A stretch of 13,057 bases of DNA from Pseudomonadota bacterium. GTDB taxonomy: Bacteria > UBA10199 > 2-02-FULL-44-16 > JBDRGF01. Of the stretch, positions 7,167-13,057 are shown piece by piece (positions within the stretch are counted from its first letter, which is position 1; every line of letters begins with the position of its first letter). The stretch spans positions 1 through 13,057 of the forward strand of contig JBDRGF010000038.1 in NCBI GenBank assembly GCA_043818055.1, read 5' to 3'. The notes beneath the pieces are model-generated. The model was not told where the DNA came from and ran no database searches. It saw only the letters and a list, made by a program, of their open reading frames with translations. Made by a program: the position numbers and the translations under genes.

Positions 7167-7206
7167 CCAATCTATTAAATTTCGATGACTTAACTGTTTC
7201 TTCAAA

Positions 7207-7223
7207 TTGGCACGCTTGTTGCT
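7207..7223 (+). promoter_or_regulatory. Sigma54 (-24/-12) promoter of the small plus-strand ORF
   Basis: TTGGCACGCTTGTTGCT, a consensus match with GG-N10-GC spacing, 60 nt upstream of ATG 7284. Confidence 0.88.
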
Positions 7224-7283
7224 ATGTAACTCAATTAAATACTGTCATCCCTTTTGTGGGAGATTAAACAAAGGAGAATTACT

Positions 7284-7490
7284 ATGACGATGGAAGTCCG
7301 TTCAACAAATTACGCAGGCAATTTTCAATTGCAAGGATATGACAGAAGAAATCCTCAAATAATCAGCGTGCATACAAACAAGGACAACAGAACGATTTCA
7401 AGAACACCTGAACATCCACAGGGTTATTTAAATCAAATCCTTCAAAATATTTATAGACATTTCGTCTGGCTATTTACCGGTCGACGTTAG
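7284..7490 (+). CDS. Small hypothetical protein (68 aa)
   Basis: Strong RBS AAAGGAG before ATG 7284 and its own sigma54 promoter. It fills an otherwise empty gap. No family recognised. Confidence 0.7.
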   Translation: MTMEVRSTNYAGNFQLQGYDRRNPQIISVHTNKDNRTISRTPEHPQGYLNQILQNIYRHFVWLFTGRR

Positions 7491-7513
7491 AAATTATCAT
7501 AACCTGTTATTAG

Positions 7514-8959
7514 TTATTCTTGCATCGAGTGCAAACTCATTCGTCTTGCACTAACAAAAAGGATGGCAATAAATAGGATGAAAAACATAAGGGAAACAGC
7601 CATACTTCTAATGTCCGTGGAATCGCGTGTAAGCGAACAGCTCATGGCTTTGGCGCCGGAAGCGCCTCCTGAAAAAGCGTTACCGGCGATATCTTGTCCT
7701 TCGGGAACGGATTCGACGGTTGGACTGCCCTCTCCCACTCCATTCATACCTGAACCTCCGGATGGCACTTCGACCTGGTCGATTGAGGTGAAAACGATAT
7801 TCCCTCGTGTCCAAAGAGCTGTCGTTGAGCGAGTGCTGCCGCTGGGACCTGTGTAGGTAGCCATGACGTATTTTCTCTGAATGGCAGGATCGGAAATCGT
7901 AATAGCATCGCCACCTTTTGTGAGTTCGCTATCTTTAAGGTCATATCGAATCCGAAACGCTTTCAGCTGATTTTGTTTTTGATTGATATCGTCGCCGGCT
8001 TCATAGATTTCAACATATCTGATGGAGTTGTCTTTTGATGATGCTGATTGTGGCAAAATAAATGTTGGTTTGTCTTTGATAAGTTGTGAATCAATCATCC
8101 CAATATTCGAATTAGCCCCCTCTTCAAGTATGAAAGCTTTTTCTGCCTCAATTCCTCCTCCATTGTCGTAGAGAGAAACCTTCGATAACGTGAGGTTTTT
8201 GACGTCTGCATCAGCTCGGATGCCGTAGAGCTTGTTATTCGTGATGATGCTCTCTTCGATGAGGATGTTTTCACCTTCACCATAGATGCCGATATCGAAA
8301 TTTGATATGGTGACATCATCAATGGTTACGCCTTTGCCTTGTGTCTTAATTCCTGTCGAAAATGCTGGAGGTGATTCTGGAACTCCTGTCAGCTTTGAAT
8401 TTGTCACCAAACACCCATTTGAACAACTGAGCTCGATTCCCTTTTTGGATTTATCGATCGTGATATTGTGGAGGAGAAGATAAACATCGAAGTTTACAGC
8501 AAGACCTACATTTTCCCCATCAAATACAAGCCCTGAAATGATTATTGGTTTGTTATCGTATGAAGGTTTTGCAAGTTTTATTGTACTATCTAAAGCACGT
8601 GGATATATTATCAACTGCCCATTATTTATTTTTTTGATTCCTATCTTAAAACAAAATTCATAGTAACTGTTATTTACAAGATAGACAGAGTTTGGATCAA
8701 CAACGTTATCAGAAACTATTTTTTCAGCTACATCTGCCTTATCTGTCACTATGAGGTTAGGATCGTTCTCTGGACAAAGATTCGCTAGTTCAATATCAAT
8801 ATTCGTATTTGGAATTTTAAAAAGATTAGATTCCAACTGAACAAATGTTGGAGGAGATACATAAATCTGTGGGTTGTCAAAAGTGGCAAGCTGCTCTGCT
8901 GAAGCAATACTTCCACACAATATCATGAGCAAAAAAGTTGTTATCGCTATCTTTTTCAT
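7514..8959 (-). CDS. Secreted / membrane-anchored protein with right-handed parallel beta-helix repeats and a C-terminal sorting-signal-like tail (481 aa)
   Basis: Start moved to ATG 8959, giving signal peptide MKKIAITTFLLMILCGSIASA. PbH1-like repeats (KGIEL, TGIKT..GVTIDDVTISNFDIGI, NILIEESIITNNKLYGI, NLTLSKVSLYDNGGGI). Then a Gly/Ser-rich linker, SCSL, a hydrophobic helix and RR at the C-terminus. Confidence 0.75.
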   Translation of the reverse strand: MKKIAITTFLLMILCGSIASAEQLATFDNPQIYVSPPTFVQLESNLFKIPNTNIDIELANLCPENDPNLIVTDKADVAEKIVSDNVVDPNSVYLVNNSYYEFCFKIGIKKINNGQLIIYPRALDSTIKLAKPSYDNKPIIISGLVFDGENVGLAVNFDVYLLLHNITIDKSKKGIELSCSNGCLVTNSKLTGVPESPPAFSTGIKTQGKGVTIDDVTISNFDIGIYGEGENILIEESIITNNKLYGIRADADVKNLTLSKVSLYDNGGGIEAEKAFILEEGANSNIGMIDSQLIKDKPTFILPQSASSKDNSIRYVEIYEAGDDINQKQNQLKAFRIRYDLKDSELTKGGDAITISDPAIQRKYVMATYTGPSGSTRSTTALWTRGNIVFTSIDQVEVPSGGSGMNGVGEGSPTVESVPEGQDIAGNAFSGGASGAKAMSCSLTRDSTDIRSMAVSLMFFILFIAILFVSARRMSLHSMQE

Positions 8960-8978
8960 GTGCCCCCGCCATCTCTTA

Positions 8979-8995
8979 TGCATTTTCGAGGCCAA
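8979..8995 (-). promoter_or_regulatory. Possible third sigma54 promoter, for the beta-helix gene
   Basis: Minus strand reads TTGGCCTCGAAAATGCA, with correct GG-N10-GC spacing but several mismatches. It would leave only a ~10 nt 5' UTR. Confidence 0.4.
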
Positions 8996-9157
8996 CTTTC
9001 TACCTTGCAAGCTATCATTATTCAGTTGAAAATTCAACAAGTTAGAATTTATTCAAAAATCGCATCGGGTAAAATCTACCCCCTATATATGAGGGTACCG
9101 TCAAAATTGACTAATAAACTTCATGATGCTAGGTTCTCGTCAACCGGGAGGCTTGTG

Positions 9158-12100
9158 ATGATAGGAAATGCCTCTAAAAATATAAGAAATTTCAACGTCA
9201 ATGTAGGGGCGGGTTTGAAACCCGCCCTATTTGTTTTTAAAGCCTCCCCCCTCAGGGGGGGAGGTAAGGTGTGGGGTGGGTTTGCTCGCCACATGCTACA
9301 TGCCACATGCTACATACTGCTTTTGCTTTTAACTGCATGTGGTTCTAATAGAAACAACGCTATTCAGGAAGATGTTGCAACTCCTATAACCAAAGAAATC
9401 ACACCTGAGGATATGATAATGTCAGATCGCTATCTTGGCGAACTTGTTGTGCATTTCAGGGATGATTTGGTAGTGAGGTTGAAGGAATTACCCCCTCCCA
9501 GCCTCCCCCGTATTAAAGGGGGAGGGGTGAGCACAACAAAACAGCAACCCCGTTTTGAAGTGCGCAACTTCTATTATCAAAGCCTCTCAGATGATCTTAA
9601 TAGAATACTCGAAGAACACCCGTCAGTAGATGTGAGACGCTATCTAACGATGGAACAGGAGGAGTATGATACCTTCAAACGTGATCTTGAAGACTTAAAC
9701 TCCGAAGAGCTGCCCGATCTCAACTCGATCTATTACTTCAAAGCAGAACCTAAAGAAGCTCTCATTTTATACAACAAGCTTAAAAACCTCTATGGAGTTG
9801 AATATATTTATCCACATCTTCAAAAGGTGCTTACTGCCACAACTACGCCCGACCTTTCATCCCAACAGGGATATCTTACATCAAACGGCGGTATAGACGC
9901 CCAATATGCCTGGAATCTTGGTGTCATGGGAAAAGGTGTGCATATTTATGAAGAGGATAGCGCATTCAACTTCGACCATGAGGATTTGCAGCTCGATTAC
10001 ACCGTCTATAACGAAAAGACAAATCCGAAAGGTTCACTCGTAAATAGCGTATCATCTCTCGGGGCACATCTGCCCCCGGAAAAGCAGCCGTTTATAATGG
10101 TAGGTGTTCCACTTGATGCCGCATTTGCCCATGGGACTGCTGTCGCAGGAGTCTTGAATGCATCGCACAACAATGGTACTGGAAATTTTGGAGTAAAGGG
10201 AATCGCACCAGATGCAAAGCTATTGGCGGGACTCACAGATGAGAGAAATTTATATTATGGCGCTGTCGTTGTTATCGAATCTGCAGTCACAGGCAAGGAT
10301 GGTTGTGAAAAAACGACAGGCGGTCTCGATGATCCCTGTTTTGGCAAAGGTCAGCTCCCATGTGAAGTCGTCCCTGATGAGATGAAATACTATCAAACGC
10401 TTGCTGCTATAGGCATTACAGTCGTTGAAGGTGCGGGAAACTCCAGCCTCGATATCGGCGATCCGAGCCAGTACACAGGCAAATGGAGTATATGGGTGAA
10501 TCCCACCACACAGGATAGCGGCGCGATTATGGTGGGGGCAAGCGATGGTGCCAACATGCAAAAGGCAGCCTTTAGCAATTACAGCCCCAGAGTCGATGCG
10601 TATTCATGGGGCAAGGGCATCGTCACGACTTCGTATCCCTACGGCGATGCTGCAACCAGCCCATTCTATTGGAGCGGACCAAATGGCCCAACGTCTCAGG
10701 ATCCTACTAATGATAAAAACAGATTTTATACAAACAGATTCAACGGCACATCCGGGGCAACTGCGATAGTCGGAGGTGCCGTCACATTGGCACAAAGCAG
10801 GTTTATGCAATTAGCGGGCAATGGCAGAATGAGATACATCATGCCGAAGAAGATGAGGGAACTCGTGAGAACAAGCGGGGATAGTCAGAAGGATACAACA
10901 AACCAAAACATCGGTGTCCAGCCGAGGATGGATAAACTATTGAAAGTAGTTGATAACTACTGGCAGACGATTTCTGCAAAATACCCTGCATTGAAACAAC
11001 AATTGGGGAGCACCAATCGCATGACGAAGCAGGAGATCATCGCGATGCGCTCTGATGGTGTTGGGATTGTGTGCATAAAATACGACCCTGACGGTAGTTC
11101 GAGCGATCCTCTATGTTCAGATGGCCTCCTTTGGCCGAGGGCAGACCAGATGAGTGTCGATATGGATATCGAAGGCGATGGTTTGATGGACTTAGTCAGT
11201 TGGAAGAGAGGAGAGTTTAAAATCGACCTCAGTTCGCAAGGTGCAGCATCAGCATGGTGCTCCGATCTCAAAGGAGTCAGGGAAACCGATGGCTATTGTG
11301 ACAAATTTCCAGAAAAATATGGTTCATGGGATATAGTGATTAAATACACCGATATTAACAGTAAGTGGCTCTTGCCATATGTGAAAGACATGGATGCGGA
11401 TCATCGCTCAGATCTCATGCTCTACGATAAAGAACACGGCAGATGGTATATCGAATATATGAATGTCGATTATATCAGCAAGAAAGAGAATCGAATCGCA
11501 AGTTGGGACAAAACACTGCAATATGACTGGAAAGACGAACTGAATATCGATCCATGGAAAAGTAAATATTCAAGGCCTGCGGTGAGCGATTTGGCAGCTG
11601 CAAATAAAAAAGATTATTCTTATGCGGACGGTTGGACAGATATTTCAATCTTATGTTCAGATGGCTATTGGCGTGTTGACTTTGGAGGACTCAACGGTCC
11701 CGATGGCAAATGGGATATCAAGACTAAATACCTCACAGATGAACAGTTAAAAGTAGCTCCAGGCTGGGCGTATCAGCCGTACGTGAGCTCCTCAAGAAAT
11801 TATGAATCTATCGAAAAACTAATGGTCGACAATTTACCATATTATGTGGAAGCCCTATACGTAAAAAATCCTGACACGATTCTGAATGGAGGAAAGTTTA
11901 GTGGAATATGGGACGCGGGAGCAGGAGATATAGCCGAAGGAAACTCTGATCATTTTGAATATTGCAGGATCACTAAGGAATGTTCAACGGAATCTCCTGT
12001 TATCGGAGGAAATGAATCGATTCTTATCCCTTATTCAGGATGGAGCTATACAAGAACCGATTATCCAAATTTAGGTGTGTTTATTCCTGGTGAGAGTTTT

Positions 12101-12475
12101 GATCTTTTAATACGAGGAGAAGCTTCAAGACGACCTGAGAACTTTCAACCGGTGAAGGTTGATTTAAGCTGCAAACCTCTCACGATGGATGATCGCTACA
12201 TCTTCCAATGCAAAGATGAATGGATAATAGTAGCTGATTCTTACAGATGTGCGAACTGGGGAAAAAACAGCGTGGGTAAAGATATATGCACCGATGAAAC
12301 ATGGGGCATCAAGCACATCCCACTGAGTTACGATCCCGGCGACTTCACCCTCCCCGGCCAGCCATACATCGGCGGCATCAGCTATTTAGATACTCAAAAG
12401 ATCATTCAAAACTCTTTACTTGAGAATCCAAACACTCCTCCACCTATCATCGTCGATATGCCGATGATTAAGTAA
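9158..12475 (+). CDS. S8 family (subtilisin-like) serine peptidase, predicted lipoprotein, with C-terminal FG-GAP/VCBS-like repeats
   Basis: Catalytic motifs IYEEDSAFNFDHEDL (Asp region), HGTAVAG (His), GAGN (oxyanion Asn) and FNGTSGA (Ser). Lipobox LTAC with Cys codon at 9338. DxxGDGxxDL-type motifs DIEGDGLMDL, DMDADHRSDL, DGWTDI. Start uncertain: ATG 9158 has GGGAGG at 9146-9151; ATG 9293 is the alternative. Confidence 0.88.
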   Translation: MIGNASKNIRNFNVNVGAGLKPALFVFKASPLRGGGKVWGGFARHMLHATCYILLLLLTACGSNRNNAIQEDVATPITKEITPEDMIMSDRYLGELVVHFRDDLVVRLKELPPPSLPRIKGGGVSTTKQQPRFEVRNFYYQSLSDDLNRILEEHPSVDVRRYLTMEQEEYDTFKRDLEDLNSEELPDLNSIYYFKAEPKEALILYNKLKNLYGVEYIYPHLQKVLTATTTPDLSSQQGYLTSNGGIDAQYAWNLGVMGKGVHIYEEDSAFNFDHEDLQLDYTVYNEKTNPKGSLVNSVSSLGAHLPPEKQPFIMVGVPLDAAFAHGTAVAGVLNASHNNGTGNFGVKGIAPDAKLLAGLTDERNLYYGAVVVIESAVTGKDGCEKTTGGLDDPCFGKGQLPCEVVPDEMKYYQTLAAIGITVVEGAGNSSLDIGDPSQYTGKWSIWVNPTTQDSGAIMVGASDGANMQKAAFSNYSPRVDAYSWGKGIVTTSYPYGDAATSPFYWSGPNGPTSQDPTNDKNRFYTNRFNGTSGATAIVGGAVTLAQSRFMQLAGNGRMRYIMPKKMRELVRTSGDSQKDTTNQNIGVQPRMDKLLKVVDNYWQTISAKYPALKQQLGSTNRMTKQEIIAMRSDGVGIVCIKYDPDGSSSDPLCSDGLLWPRADQMSVDMDIEGDGLMDLVSWKRGEFKIDLSSQGAASAWCSDLKGVRETDGYCDKFPEKYGSWDIVIKYTDINSKWLLPYVKDMDADHRSDLMLYDKEHGRWYIEYMNVDYISKKENRIASWDKTLQYDWKDELNIDPWKSKYSRPAVSDLAAANKKDYSYADGWTDISILCSDGYWRVDFGGLNGPDGKWDIKTKYLTDEQLKVAPGWAYQPYVSSSRNYESIEKLMVDNLPYYVEALYVKNPDTILNGGKFSGIWDAGAGDIAEGNSDHFEYCRITKECSTESPVIGGNESILIPYSGWSYTRTDYPNLGVFIPGESFDLLIRGEASRRPENFQPVKVDLSCKPLTMDDRYIFQCKDEWIIVADSYRCANWGKNSVGKDICTDETWGIKHIPLSYDPGDFTLPGQPYIGGISYLDTQKIIQNSLLENPNTPPPIIVDMPMIK
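9203..9230 (+). repeat. GTAG-type REP-like palindrome
   Basis: GTAG-GGGCGGGTTT-G-AAACCCGCCC-TAT: a 10 bp perfect inverted repeat preceded by a GTAG tetramer. Reads VGAGLKPAL in the protease frame. Confidence 0.75.
9243..9281 (-). repeat. C/G-tract palindromic repeat, copy 1
   Basis: CCTCCCCCC-TCAG-GGGGGGAGG hairpin (9243-9264) followed by a G-rich flank. Same architecture as 9491-9527 in the opposite orientation. Confidence 0.65.
9288..9318 (+). repeat. Heptamer tandem repeat (ACATGCY) x4
   Basis: acatgct acatgcc acatgct acatact at 9291-9318; GCCACATGCTACAT is exactly duplicated (9288-9301, 9302-9315). Confidence 0.75.
9491..9527 (+). repeat. C/G-tract palindromic repeat, copy 2, in frame within the protease prodomain
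   Basis: CCCCCTCCCAG-CCTCCCCC-GTATTAAA-GGGGGAGG-GG, with an 8 bp stem at 9502-9525. Encodes PPPSLPRIKGGG. Confidence 0.7.
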
Positions 12476-12508
12476 AAAAACGGTGCGAGGGTGGTATATT
12501 TTGAATTC

Positions 12509-13057
12509 TCAATCCAATTTCATTTTTTTGAGTTTGGCGTACAAGGTCGTTTTGCCGATTCCTAAATGCATCGCTGCTTTTTCTTTTTCGCCATTCGTGA
12601 AATCGATCGATTCCCTGATGTACTCTTGCTCAACCTTCGAAAGAAAGGTTTTCAAGGGCATTATCGAGCCTCTTGCCGAAGGTGAAAGATTGGATAACGA
12701 AGAATCACACGTTGACTCACTAAAGGGCATAGAGACGTTATTTTCATCTATCAGATCCCCTTCGGAAAGGATGACCACGCTGTGAACAATATTTTCAAGT
12801 TCCCTTATATTTCCCGGCCAATTGTATTCTTTCAGCTTTTCGATAGCTGCCTTGGAGATTCTTTTGGCCTTTCCCCGCACACTGAACTTTCTTAAAAAAT
12901 GCAATACCAGATCCTCAATATCTTCTTTTCGTTCTCTCAAAGGCGGTATGGTCAATGTGATAATTTTCAAACGATGATAGAGATCCAAACGAAACTCCCC
13001 TTTCGACACCAATTCCTCAAGGTTGTCGTTCGTCGCTGCGATCACTCTGAAATTCGA
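12509..13057 (-). CDS. Sigma54-dependent transcriptional activator (NtrC/Fis family bEBP), 5'-truncated by the window edge
   Basis: AAA+ motifs RVIAATN, FRLDLYHRL, IPPLRERKEDI and YNWPGNIRELEN, plus the C-terminal Fis-type HTH AAMHLGIGKTTLYAKL. The frame stays open to the window end. Confidence 0.95.
   Translation of the reverse strand, partial: SNFRVIAATNDNLEELVSKGEFRLDLYHRLKIITLTIPPLRERKEDIEDLVLHFLRKFSVRGKAKRISKAAIEKLKEYNWPGNIRELENIVHSVVILSEGDLIDENNVSMPFSESTCDSSLSNLSPSARGSIMPLKTFLSKVEQEYIRESIDFTNGEKEKAAMHLGIGKTTLYAKLKKMKLD

Noticed and set aside
8960..9157. Overlapping 5' extensions of the protease (from 8960) and the beta-helix gene (to 9040)
   Set aside because: The two divergent genes would overlap with no promoter space; signal peptides and RBSs point to starts at 8959 (minus) and 9158 or 9293 (plus).
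12476..12508. Intrinsic terminators between convergent genes (here and at 7491-7513)
   Set aside because: No convincing GC-rich hairpin with a U-tract in either gap.
688..12785. Short antisense or alternate-frame ORFs (e.g. 688-879, 3428-3691, 4413-4607, 4535-4858, 5679-6104, 7563-7856, 10250-10561, 10957-11271, 12483-12785)
   Set aside because: They lie within or opposite well-supported genes and show no recognisable motifs; treated as shadow ORFs.

Overview
The left half (165-6830, all minus strand) is a compact operon that looks like a RiPP-type (radical SAM/SPASM) biosynthetic cluster. It holds one radical SAM/SPASM enzyme and seven paralogous 71-106 aa peptides. Each peptide has a Lys-rich, Cys-free leader with shared 'EW(I/V)' and 'PKL(F)' motifs and a C-terminal (Cxxx)n-CxC-x3/4-CxC core. 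Downstream come a DUF4097-like secreted protein, a family-5 ABC substrate-binding-like protein and a class I SAM methyltransferase. The operon starts at a near-perfect sigma54 (-24/-12) promoter, back-to-back with a second one that drives a 68 aa orphan ORF, with candidate enhancer dyads in between. The right half encodes a secreted beta-helix protein with a Cys-containing C-terminal sorting-signal-like tail, a large S8 subtilase lipoprotein whose 5' region carries in-frame palindromic/REP-like and heptamer repeats, and the 3' part of a sigma54-dependent Fis-family activator. All family assignments come from motif recognition by eye; no database searches were run. The host is unknown; a 'deltaproteobacteria'-like Gram-negative is a loose inference.
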